64,000 nucleotides of DNA, taken from contig PLZG01000054.1 of NCBI GenBank assembly GCA_003152075.1, forward strand, positions 21,067 through 85,066, read 5' to 3'. Positions 1 to 8,881 of this stretch are shown in pieces. The notes under the pieces were generated by a model. The model did no database searches. It worked only from the letters and a program-made list of their open reading frames with translations, and was not told the origin of the DNA. Position numbers and translations under genes: made by a program. This DNA comes from a candidate division FCPU426 bacterium. Its GTDB lineage: Bacteria; Oederibacteriota; Muellerivitia; Muellerivitales; Muellerivitaceae. Numbering within the stretch: the stretch's first letter is position 1; each line of letters begins with the position of its first letter.

Positions 1-122
1 GTTGAATTCCCTGTTAAACCCCCCTAAAATGCCGCCTTAATTGACCGGGCACCTTGGTGAATGGTCGATTCGTGCCGAAAGAACAGTGGTTTAACCGCTG
101 TTTTAATTCAAGGAGGGTTTTA

Positions 123-338
123 ATGAAGCGTATTATTGCTGCGTTGATGACCGTGTTGTTCTTGGGTATGACCGGTATGGTCTTGGCTGATGAAGCTGCT
201 GCTCCGGCCACCACTCCGGCTGCTGCTGCCCCGGTGAAGGCTAAGAAGGCCAAGAAAGCCAAGAAGGCGAAGAAGGCTAAGAAGGCCAAGGCTGCTGCCG
301 CTGCTGATGCTCCGGCTGCTGCTCCTGCCGCCAAGTAA
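123..338 (+). CDS. Small secreted Ala/Lys-rich basic protein (Asr/histone-like KKA repeats)
   Basis: AAGGAGG RBS at ~110, ATG at 123, Sec signal (MKRIIAALM...VLA-DE), (KKA)n repeat flanked by Ala/Pro; terminator follows. Confidence 0.85.
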   Translation: MKRIIAALMTVLFLGMTGMVLADEAAAPATTPAAAAPVKAKKAKKAKKAKKAKKAKAAAAADAPAAAPAAK

Positions 339-393
339 TTTAGCAAAAGTTTCTTAAAGTTTTAGGTTGGTAACAGCCTGAAACTTCCTAATA

Positions 394-428
394 ATCGGGC
401 GGGCCTAATGGCCCGTCCGATTTTTTTT
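394..428 (+). terminator. Intrinsic terminator
   Basis: Hairpin ATCGGGCGGGCC-TAAT-GGCCCGTCCGAT followed by a T-run. Confidence 0.85.
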
Positions 429-438
429 GTCCTTAAAC

Positions 439-476
439 AAAAAAACCGCCTTTTTAAAGGGCGGCTTTTTTATTTT
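439..476. terminator. Intrinsic terminator for ilvD (possibly bidirectional)
   Basis: A-run, CCGCCTTT-TT-AAAGGGCGG hairpin, T-run. Confidence 0.75.
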
Positions 477-484
477 CGGCCTGG

Positions 485-2167
485 TTAAAACTCATCAGTA
501 ACCGCGCCTTGGCTGGCGGATGAAACCAAATGGGCGTACTTGCCCAAGACCCCTTTGGGATAGGGGTTCGCGATAGGTTTCCACTTGGCCTTGCGCTTTT
601 TCAACTCTCCTGCCGACACATGAAGTTCTAATTTCTTTTTCTTTGCGTCGATCGTTATCTTATCGCCGTCTTTTATCAAACTGATAGGCCCGCCCACTTG
701 GGCCTCAGGCGCGATATGGCCAACCACCAGGCCGTGGGTGCCTCCACTGAAGCGGCCATCGGTGATCAGGCCGACCTTCTCGCCCAATCCCTGGCCCACC
801 AGCGCTGCCGTAATAGCTAGCATTTCCCGCATACCCGGCCCGCCTTTCGGACCCTCATAGCGGATCACCACGATATCTCCAGCTTTGATTTTCCTCTTTT
901 GGATAGCTTCGTAAGCCGCTTCCTCGCCATTGAAAACTTTGGCGGGGCCGGTCTGAGTTATGACCTTTAACCCTGAGATTTTAGCCACCGCGCCCTCGGG
1001 CGCCAGGTTGCCCCGCAGGATGACCATGGGGCCCGTCGGGTGAAGTGGATTATCCATCGGCCTAATAATGGGCTGGTTTTTCGAGAGGGGGGCGGCCAGT
1101 TTCAGGTTTTCTTTTACCGTCCGGCCAGTGACCGTCAGGCAGTCGCCGTGCAGCAGCTTGGCGTCAAGGAGGAGCTTCATGACGGCCGGGATGCCGCCGA
1201 TGCGGTCCAGGTCCGCCGCCACGTATTTACCGCTGGGTTTCAAGTCCGCCAGGTGGGGAACCTTATTGCTCAGGCGATCAAAATCATCAATGGTAAGCTT
1301 CACGCCCACAGCCTTGGCCATGGCAATCATGTGCAAGACCAGGTTGGTGGATCCGCCCAGGGCCATGCCCACGGTGATGCCATTCTCGAAGGCCTTCTTG
1401 GTCATGATGTCCTTGGGCCGGATATCCTTTTTGATGAGCTCGACCACGGCCTGGCCGGCGCGGTCGCACAAAAGCCGCTTGGGTTCGCCCACGGCGGGCT
1501 GACAGGAATCGTGGGGAAGGGCCATGCCTATGGCTTCGATGGCGGAGGCCATGGTGTTGGCCGTGTACATACCGCCGCAGGAGCCGGGCCCGGGGATGGC
1601 GCACTTTTCGATCTCGGTGAGCTTTTCGTGGCTGATCTTGTGGGAGCTGTATTGCCCAACGGCCTCGAAGACCGAAACGATGTCGATATCCTTACCGTCG
1701 CACCTTCCCGGCAGGATCGTTCCGCCGTAAACGAAGATGGCGGGAATGTTCAAGCGCCCAATGGCCATCAGGCATCCGGGCAGGTTCTTATCGCAGCCGC
1801 CGATGGCGACCAACCCATCGAAACGCTCGGCGGAGGAAACTACCTCGATGGAGTCGGCGATGACCTCGCGGGAAACCAGGGAAAACTTCATCCCTTCGTG
1901 GCCCATGGCGATACCGTCGGAAACGGTGATGGTTCCGAAAATCTGGCCGAAGCCCTCGGCGGAAATGACCCCGCCTTTCACGCGGTCCGCCAGCTCGTTC
2001 AAGTGGATGTTACAGGGGGTGACTTCGCTCCAGGCCGAGGCCACGCCGATGATGGGCTTCTTGAAGTCCTCATCCTTGAATCCCACGGCGCGTAGCATGG
2101 CGCGGTTGGGAGCCCTCTTGTCCCCCTCGGTCATCATGGAGGAGCGGTGTTTCATGTTGCTTTTCAT
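485..2167 (-). CDS. ilvD: Dihydroxy-acid dehydratase
   Basis: Motifs [45 protein letters not shown]; 560 aa. Confidence 0.97.
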   Translation of the reverse strand: MKSNMKHRSSMMTEGDKRAPNRAMLRAVGFKDEDFKKPIIGVASAWSEVTPCNIHLNELADRVKGGVISAEGFGQIFGTITVSDGIAMGHEGMKFSLVSREVIADSIEVVSSAERFDGLVAIGGCDKNLPGCLMAIGRLNIPAIFVYGGTILPGRCDGKDIDIVSVFEAVGQYSSHKISHEKLTEIEKCAIPGPGSCGGMYTANTMASAIEAIGMALPHDSCQPAVGEPKRLLCDRAGQAVVELIKKDIRPKDIMTKKAFENGITVGMALGGSTNLVLHMIAMAKAVGVKLTIDDFDRLSNKVPHLADLKPSGKYVAADLDRIGGIPAVMKLLLDAKLLHGDCLTVTGRTVKENLKLAAPLSKNQPIIRPMDNPLHPTGPMVILRGNLAPEGAVAKISGLKVITQTGPAKVFNGEEAAYEAIQKRKIKAGDIVVIRYEGPKGGPGMREMLAITAALVGQGLGEKVGLITDGRFSGGTHGLVVGHIAPEAQVGGPISLIKDGDKITIDAKKKKLELHVSAGELKKRKAKWKPIANPYPKGVLGKYAHLVSSASQGAVTDEF

Positions 2168-2197
2168 GGTCGTGCCTTTCGGTTGATGTGTGACTTC

Positions 2198-2252
2198 TGT
2201 AGGGTCGGCCCCCCGTGGCCGCCCTGGGCAGGCGCGGGGGCCTACCCCTACA
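2198..2252. repeat. GTAG-type REP doublet (family E)
   Basis: TGTAGGG...CCCCTACA inverted pair with internal palindromes; related copies at 20817, 21395 and 28320. Confidence 0.75.
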
Positions 2253-2318
2253 TTTCGTGAATTACGTTTGAACGGTTACGAAAATAGATGGGCATTGTAA
2301 TGCGATTAGGAAGGGGAC

Positions 2319-4667
2319 TCAAGCAACCAAGCGGCGGAAAAGGCTGAAGGTAAAGACCCCGAAAAAGACGAAAAAGAGGAAAAAACCAAGGCGAAGGCTA
2401 ACTGGTTCAAAATTTAACTCAACTTGATTGTCTCCTTTTACTAAGGGAACGGACATTAAAACCTCAAAGTCGCGTTTAATTTCAACCTTTTTGTTGTTAA
2501 CAACTGCCTTCCACCCAGGAAGAAAGGTTTTTTGAAGAAATAAAATATCTGTTTCAATTTCACTAGTCGGGTTATCTCGATTAGCTACCAAAGAAAGATT
2601 CGTTTCATTCCATTTCAAAATACGCAATTTGGATTCAAGCGAGTTTAATTCCATCGTTTTTTCATGTGTGATGCCGACATTAGCCTTTGGTATTGTTTCA
2701 GTGAGTAGATAAACATAAGGATATTTGTTCTGCAAGGTCAGAAAGGGTTTAGGAAGTTTTAAAGGTATGTCGGAAACGATCTGGTCTACTCCCAACATTT
2801 GAAGGTCCTCAACGTGGCGGGTAAATCCAAGCGGGTCTCGGTCCTTATAGACCCAGGAGAACCACCCGAGGTCAGCCAGGATTTTGAAGTAGCGGGGCAA
2901 GTGGGGATTGGCCACGAAGGCGATATTGGGGCGGTTGGAAAGGAAGTTCATGTTGGGGAAAGCCATTTCCCCGTATTGAGGAGGCAGGGGCGAGACATTA
3001 CCCGAAAGAAGAACCAGGGAACGGTTTTGAGGAGCGGGATAAGACGGCTGGGGAATATCGGCTGGGTTGTAAAAAGAATTTCCGACCGGCATTCGAAAGG
3101 CCATGAGGTCGGCGAAGAGTAATAAAAGCAGAAAACCTTTTTGGAAATTCAGGTTCCACTTCTGGCGGTTGAAGACACAGGTTGTTAATAAGCCAAGAAA
3201 AAGAAGCGGGAGAAACACTCTTGGTTGTCTGGGATCAAGGTTATAGGCCAGAGCATCCAGTTTCTCCGAAATCCGACCCAAGTAAACTGAGATGGGTTGG
3301 GTATGGATTCCATCGCCAGATATGAAATGCCCGATGGCCCAGGAAGCCATTCCTTGAAGTAAGGGCTTGCCAGGATTCAAAAAGAACCATCCCAGCAATA
3401 AGACACCCAGAGTGAAAGCGATGAGGCCCCAGCAAAGTTTCTGTCCGGCGGACACTAGCTTTATGTCCTTAAACCATTCGTCCCAAGCATAAGCTGCCCC
3501 CAGGCCAATGGCCCAAGTAATCAAAAACCAGTAACGGGCTGGGTCGCGGAAGAGGGAGAAAAAGGGAAGTCTTTGGACCAGGCTATAAACGAAAAAGAAT
3601 TTCCCGAAGGCCATCAAGAGGCCTAATAACCCGGTGATCTCAATCCATCGGCGCTGGGAGTTTTTATTCATGAAAAACAAAAGGATGAAAAAAAGCCCAA
3701 TAAGTCCGAAAGATACCTGCATCTCTACGAACTGATATTGCCACCAATAGTCCGTACCCGCTCGGTCGAACTGTTCCTTGCCGAAGAACCAAGGAAAAAC
3801 CAAGGTCAGGAAGTTCAGGGGTGTCCAGGAATGGAAAAAGCGGTCTGCTTCCCCCCATTGATTGAAACTCTCGCCTCCCTGGCACTCTAGGGTGAAAAGA
3901 AGTTGGGCTGAGGAGGTCGCCAAGGCTCCCAGAAAAAGGCCGCCTGAAGCTTTGAGCTTGTTCAACAGAGGGGAAGGATTGGAGAGGAAAATCCAGGCTA
4001 AGAAGAAGAGACCCTCCAGAAAAGCGATTTGAGGATGTCCTGAAAGGACATTCAGGCCGAACAGGAACCCGGAGAAGATCAACCACAGGGTCTTACCCGA
4101 CTTGAGATATTCCACTAATCCCAGGAAAGCCCATGGGAAGAAGGCATGGGCCCAGACCACATTCAAGTGGTCTAACTGGGCCATCTGGTGGCCGTTGTAG
4201 GTCCAAAGGAAAGCTAGGAGAAGCGATGCGGAACGGGACAGTCCTAAATGAAGGCCCAGGAAATAACTCCCTGAAAGATAAAGGGCCAGGGGGCATAGGA
4301 AAAGCAGGTTGAAATCGAGGTTGAAGGAAGGAAAGAGGTGTAAGAGCCAAAGGACGGGGGAGAGGATTCCGATCATCTCTACGGCTGCCACAGGTGCGCC
4401 GTTGTAGGCCAGGTCCGAGATCAAGGGAAGTTTCCCTTCCGCCAGGTGCTCGTGAACCCACTGGTAAAGGGGGTAATAGGCGAAGGTCATGTCTAGAGAG
4501 AGGAAAACTTTCGAGGTTAGATGAGAGAACCAATCCCAAAAGCAGATAAGGAAGGAGGCGGTTAAAACAAGATAAGGACCAGCTTTTTTCCAAGGGAAAG
4601 CCAGTTGAGGTGAGGGGGGATTAATTTTCTTGGGCTTTTTCGTAAATCCCCCTGGATTGAAAAGCAT
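2319..4667 (-). CDS. YfhO-family polytopic membrane protein (GT-C-like)
   Basis: N-terminal D..YYP..G.LPL motif, many TM helices, FRDPARY, C-terminal PGWKA.VN...V.L.F.P; start uncertain. Confidence 0.85.
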   Translation of the reverse strand: MLFNPGGFTKKPKKINPPSPQLAFPWKKAGPYLVLTASFLICFWDWFSHLTSKVFLSLDMTFAYYPLYQWVHEHLAEGKLPLISDLAYNGAPVAAVEMIGILSPVLWLLHLFPSFNLDFNLLFLCPLALYLSGSYFLGLHLGLSRSASLLLAFLWTYNGHQMAQLDHLNVVWAHAFFPWAFLGLVEYLKSGKTLWLIFSGFLFGLNVLSGHPQIAFLEGLFFLAWIFLSNPSPLLNKLKASGGLFLGALATSSAQLLFTLECQGGESFNQWGEADRFFHSWTPLNFLTLVFPWFFGKEQFDRAGTDYWWQYQFVEMQVSFGLIGLFFILLFFMNKNSQRRWIEITGLLGLLMAFGKFFFVYSLVQRLPFFSLFRDPARYWFLITWAIGLGAAYAWDEWFKDIKLVSAGQKLCWGLIAFTLGVLLLGWFFLNPGKPLLQGMASWAIGHFISGDGIHTQPISVYLGRISEKLDALAYNLDPRQPRVFLPLLFLGLLTTCVFNRQKWNLNFQKGFLLLLLFADLMAFRMPVGNSFYNPADIPQPSYPAPQNRSLVLLSGNVSPLPPQYGEMAFPNMNFLSNRPNIAFVANPHLPRYFKILADLGWFSWVYKDRDPLGFTRHVEDLQMLGVDQIVSDIPLKLPKPFLTLQNKYPYVYLLTETIPKANVGITHEKTMELNSLESKLRILKWNETNLSLVANRDNPTSEIETDILFLQKTFLPGWKAVVNNKKVEIKRDFEVLMSVPLVKGDNQVELNFEPVSLRLGFFLFFVFFGVFTFSLFRRLVA

Positions 4668-4732
4668 ATTTAAACTGGGGTTGCCACGTCGTAACCGTCC
4701 CGCTATTCGCGGGGCACTTCTCGCAATGACAG
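4664..4732. repeat. GTCATTGCGAG-type palindromic repeat (family D)
   Basis: Reverse complement of 24104-24172: identical ends (GCATATTTAAACTGGGGTTGC and CTCGCAATGACAG), diverged middle. Confidence 0.8.
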
Positions 4733-5626
4733 CTATTTAGTTTTTTTCTCGAGGTATTGCAGCAGTTCTCCGGTAACGGTTCCCACGCAGATTTCCTCCA
4801 CCGGGCCCCGCATGTTCAGCTCAAAATCCTTGCTGACCTTTAAGGACAGGTCCCCGCCGGGCATGTGGATAGTCAGGTCGCCGTCGGTCTTTCCGGTTTT
4901 CACGCAAACGGCCGCGACGGCGCAGGAGGAGGAGCCGGAAGCCAGGGTATAGCCCGCGCCACGCTCCCAAATGCGGATGCTGACTTCTTGGCGGTTGTTC
5001 ACCACCGCGAATTGGACGTTGGTGCGTTTCGGAAAGAGGGGGTGATTTTCGATGATGGGGCCGAACTCGCGGGCAAAGGCCTCCGCCTTTTCGATAGTAT
5101 CCACGAAAATCACGCAATGGGGGTTGCCCATGGAAACGCAGTTGATCTTGAATCCCTCGCCGCCGTTGTTCAGTGGGATCATTTTGTCCAAGACTTCCGA
5201 CTCGCTCCTGGGAACATTGACGGGGATTTCCCCGGCGGTGAACAACGCCTTGCCCATGTCCACGGTCACCGCCACGGCCTTGCCCACCACCAGGTGAAGC
5301 TGGGCTTGCACCATGCCCCCCGCCGTCTCGATCTCAAAGAAGGATTTGGTGGTATAGCCGTGCTCGAACAAGAATTTGCAGAAGATCCGCAGGCCATTAC
5401 CGCTCTTTTCGGCCTCGCTTCCGTCCGGGTTATAGATTCTCAGCCGGGCCTCGGAATTCTTGGCCTTTTCTAAGGCCAGGATGCCGTCGGAGCCCACACC
5501 AGTGTTGCGGTTGCAGATCCGCACGATGTTTTGGGGGGTTAATTCAAAGGAAAGAGAAGCTGGATCCATCACGATATAGTCGTTGCCCAAGCCGTGGGAC
5601 CGGACAAATTGGTTTTTAGATAACAT
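4733..5626 (-). CDS. dapF: Diaminopimelate epimerase
   Basis: HGLGNDY, NPDGSEAEKSGNGLR, SMGNPHCV, WERGAGYTLASGSSSCA. Confidence 0.93.
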   Translation of the reverse strand: MLSKNQFVRSHGLGNDYIVMDPASLSFELTPQNIVRICNRNTGVGSDGILALEKAKNSEARLRIYNPDGSEAEKSGNGLRIFCKFLFEHGYTTKSFFEIETAGGMVQAQLHLVVGKAVAVTVDMGKALFTAGEIPVNVPRSESEVLDKMIPLNNGGEGFKINCVSMGNPHCVIFVDTIEKAEAFAREFGPIIENHPLFPKRTNVQFAVVNNRQEVSIRIWERGAGYTLASGSSSCAVAAVCVKTGKTDGDLTIHMPGGDLSLKVSKDFELNMRGPVEEICVGTVTGELLQYLEKKTK

Positions 5627-5641
5627 CTAACACTCCATTTT

Positions 5642-5731
5642 CACCACGAAGTACACGAAGGTAAATCTTCTTTTAAAGAATTAACAAAAATATATGTTTC
5701 ACTTCGTGTGGCGCGAAGCGCCTTCGTGGTT
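5642..5731. repeat. Inverted repeat element (family B, ACCACGAAG/ACCACCAAG type)
   Basis: ACCACGAAGTACACGAAG...CTTCGTGT...CTTCGTGGT arms around an AT-rich core. Confidence 0.7.
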
Positions 5732-6593
5732 AATGTTCTTTCACGCAGTACAGGTTCGTGTATTCGTCGTTTTCAACGGTATAACGGCTTAATAATTGAA
5801 GGGGCCGGACCGGCTTGATCGTCTTGTTCTTTTCGGAAATCTCCGAAATTTTGAACCCCATTGACTGAAGGGTCTTTAAATATTTGGCGGGGTCGCTTCC
5901 AAAGCGTTTAAGCCCCCCCGGCCAGAACTCCGTCACTAGCTTCAGGAACCTATTCTTCCGGACCAAGCCTTTCATTCCCTCCAGAGCCGCCATTTCCGCG
6001 CCTTGAATGTCCATTTTAATGAATTGAACTGCCTTGTCTCTATTTAAAAAGAACTTGTCCAGGGCGACGGTTTGGACCGTGATGGATTTCCGGCCGTCCT
6101 TGGAATTGTAAAGACGATGGTCTCCCTTGTTGGTTTCGCTAAGGAATAGGCGAGCGGTGTGGGTTTTGTTCGAGACGGCATCATTCAAGGGAATCACGTT
6201 GGTGTAACCATTTGCCAACACGTTCTTCAGGAGCAGTTTGAAATTGGCAGGGTCCGGTTCGAAAGCGTAAACCTTGCCCCCGTTTCCAGCCAATCGGGCC
6301 GCGATCAAGGTGTAATAACCGAGATTGGCCCCAATATCCAAAACCACATCCCCGGCGTGAATTTCCTTGAGGAAGAGATTCGTTTCCATCGGCTCGTAAA
6401 TGGTGTGGGTTCCCAATTCCAGGGTATCCCGGTCATCCAGCCATATCCGGTGGCCCTGGGCCACGACCGATTTGGGCCTCAAGAGGGTGAAGAAAAATTC
6501 GTAAAGCCACCGCAGGGGTTTGATCCGGCCCAGACCGTGACCGCCGATGGAGTAATAGGTTTTTTGAAGGAGGGTAAAGAGGTGGTTGGCCAT
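5730..6593 (-). CDS. FkbM-family methyltransferase
   Basis: VLDIGANLGYY, FEPDP.NF, FIKMDIQGAEM; ATG at 6593 after a GGAG RBS. Confidence 0.92.
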   Translation of the reverse strand: MANHLFTLLQKTYYSIGGHGLGRIKPLRWLYEFFFTLLRPKSVVAQGHRIWLDDRDTLELGTHTIYEPMETNLFLKEIHAGDVVLDIGANLGYYTLIAARLAGNGGKVYAFEPDPANFKLLLKNVLANGYTNVIPLNDAVSNKTHTARLFLSETNKGDHRLYNSKDGRKSITVQTVALDKFFLNRDKAVQFIKMDIQGAEMAALEGMKGLVRKNRFLKLVTEFWPGGLKRFGSDPAKYLKTLQSMGFKISEISEKNKTIKPVRPLQLLSRYTVENDEYTNLYCVKEH

Positions 6594-6595
6594 GG

Positions 6596-8881
6596 TTAAT
6601 TTCTCCACATGCGAATGGGACCCAGGAAAAAGAATCCGAAGGTGATGAGAAGCCATAGTACCAGACCGATTTGAATGGGGTGAAGCCAATCGGGCTCAAA
6701 CCGAAACTCCACTTGGTGCTTCCCAGCCTCCATAAAAACCGACCTTAATAAATGGTCCGCGGTGAAGATGGCGGTGGGTTGGCCGTCCACCCAGGCCTTC
6801 CAGCCGGGAAACATGGTTTCGGAAAAAACCACAAGGCTGAATTGATCTAGGTTGATCCCGAATTGCTGGTAATCGGCATCGTCCCGCTCAAACTGGTAAT
6901 CGAGATGAGGATCATGCGCTTTTGAGATTCTTGGAAAATACTCGAAGAGTATCTTTTCGGTAAGGATTGCGGATATATGGGGGTCGAAACCAGGTTCGGA
7001 TAGAGTTTTGATCCTTTTCTCGAGTTCTGGGGTTTCCAATATGTAAGCGGGAGCAAAAACGTAAGGAAGGGGTTTCGCGTATTCGTACAAAATAAAGGGC
7101 GGATAGGATTCTTTTTTAAAGTTTGGTATTTCACCCAGATCCTGTTGGGTCACGATGCCCTTGATGGTCCCGACACCGACCATGGATTCCATTCCTAGAG
7201 TTCCCGTTTCCATTTTGGCCTGAAGAATCAAGGGGTTATACCCGCCAATATTTTTTATTTTCAAAGCGCAAGCCGCGTTTTGGGGGTAATTCAAAAGATA
7301 TTTTTGTCCCAGGACCTCGATGGGATAAAACATATGGATATTATCGAATTTAAGCCGGAAAGGTTTGATCCTCTGCCCGATTTCCACGAGGGTTTTTGAG
7401 TTTTTTTCATAATCAAAATTTGAAGAGGGACCGGGAATAAAATCCGCCCAGCCCCCTAATAAAAGGGAAAGGCCCAGGGCGGTTTGCATGAGGAGTGGGG
7501 CCGATTTTTTCCCTTTGGAAAACGCGAAAAAGGAGGCCATGCCTAAGGTCATGGCCACGATTTCACGCCAGTTCGCGGCGGGTTTAAAAAGCGCGACCAA
7601 GTTTAAGGACAGCCCGTAAATCAAGGGATACTTCAGCCCATCGAGGAGTTTTCCCTTGGCCGGTTTTTTGGAAAACCATTCCTCAAAACCTAATGCCGCC
7701 AGCAGGACGAGGGGGATAATGAAGAGATAAATAAAGCGGTAGGGAACGCGGATGAGGGAAACTCCCGGCAATACCGCGCATAAAAGGCGGTGGAGGGGGG
7801 TGAGCTGGCCGAAACAAAGGACCAGGGCGGCCAAGGCAAAAACCGAAAGAAACTTCACTAGCCCCTTATCTTTTCGGCGAAAGGCCGCCAGCGCGAAAAA
7901 GGGCGCCCAGACCCCCAGGAAACCCCAATTGCCAGCCAAGGGCATTTGGTCATCATTGCTCCTGGATTGCAGGGCCTCCGACATGGACTCCTTACCAGTT
8001 TGGGTAAAACGGGGAAGAAACAATTGGTAAAGGGAAAGGGGATTAAGTGGAAGGCGGCTATTGGCCTGCTCATAGGTTTGGCCTGGAGCTCCCCGGTCCG
8101 TCCGATTCGAAAATTCCAATGTGGGGATCAACTGGCCCAGGAGGGGCAAGGCACCCCAAAGGAAGAAAAAGGTTAAAAGTAAAAAAGTGTAAAAGTTCAA
8201 AGGTGAAACTTTTGAGAGCTTTTGATACAGGCGGTATAGAAAATAAGCCAATCCCCCGTAAAAAGCTCCCACCGTCACTTGAAAACTCCCGCAAAGGAAA
8301 AGCATGGCGAAACACAAGCCGGCGTAAAAGGCGTTTCGCGGTTTTGGGTTGAGGGCCAGTAGTTCCAACCGCCCGAACAGCCAGGGAAGCCAAGCGAAGG
8401 CGGCCACGACTGGTGGATGGATGATCTCTAGCCAGAAAAAATTGGAGAGGGAAAACAAGAGGGCTCCTGCAAGGCAGGCATTCTCGGAAAGCTTGATTGA
8501 CCGAAGCCACAAGTGCATCCCGGCCGCGGCGATGAACATGTGCAGGAAAAAGAAGAGGCTCATTCCATAGGGCAGGGAAAAGGGGAGAGTCAGGTAATTG
8601 ACCGGGTAAAGCATCATGTTTTGGAGGTCGGCGAAGAAGGGCTGGCCGCCCATGGAATAGGGGTTCCAGAGGGGGAAATGTCCTTGGGCCAGTTGGTCCC
8701 TTAAAAAAGCGCGCCAGGGGCCGAACTGGGCCAGCAAGTCATTGTCAAAGTAGGCTTGTCCCAGGACCAGGCAGGGGAAAAAGGCGACGAAGGATAAAAA
8801 GGCGTAAAGAACAAATGGAAAAAGGGGATGGGTCCAGAAATCCGCGGGAGAGGTTTTATTAGTTCGTTTGCGCAGGGGCAA
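6596..8881 (-). CDS. YfhO-family membrane protein
   Basis: G.FPLWNPY..GG.PF.AD, RVPYRF, GGYNPL, FPGWKAWVDG. Confidence 0.9.
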   Translation of the reverse strand: MPLRKRTNKTSPADFWTHPLFPFVLYAFLSFVAFFPCLVLGQAYFDNDLLAQFGPWRAFLRDQLAQGHFPLWNPYSMGGQPFFADLQNMMLYPVNYLTLPFSLPYGMSLFFFLHMFIAAAGMHLWLRSIKLSENACLAGALLFSLSNFFWLEIIHPPVVAAFAWLPWLFGRLELLALNPKPRNAFYAGLCFAMLFLCGSFQVTVGAFYGGLAYFLYRLYQKLSKVSPLNFYTFLLLTFFFLWGALPLLGQLIPTLEFSNRTDRGAPGQTYEQANSRLPLNPLSLYQLFLPRFTQTGKESMSEALQSRSNDDQMPLAGNWGFLGVWAPFFALAAFRRKDKGLVKFLSVFALAALVLCFGQLTPLHRLLCAVLPGVSLIRVPYRFIYLFIIPLVLLAALGFEEWFSKKPAKGKLLDGLKYPLIYGLSLNLVALFKPAANWREIVAMTLGMASFFAFSKGKKSAPLLMQTALGLSLLLGGWADFIPGPSSNFDYEKNSKTLVEIGQRIKPFRLKFDNIHMFYPIEVLGQKYLLNYPQNAACALKIKNIGGYNPLILQAKMETGTLGMESMVGVGTIKGIVTQQDLGEIPNFKKESYPPFILYEYAKPLPYVFAPAYILETPELEKRIKTLSEPGFDPHISAILTEKILFEYFPRISKAHDPHLDYQFERDDADYQQFGINLDQFSLVVFSETMFPGWKAWVDGQPTAIFTADHLLRSVFMEAGKHQVEFRFEPDWLHPIQIGLVLWLLITFGFFFLGPIRMWRN

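Noticed and set aside
1040..2095. Long opposite-strand ORFs (also 16093-16806, 25013-25753, 50082-50735 and others)
   Set aside because: Antisense shadows of well-supported genes in GC-rich coding DNA; no recognisable motifs
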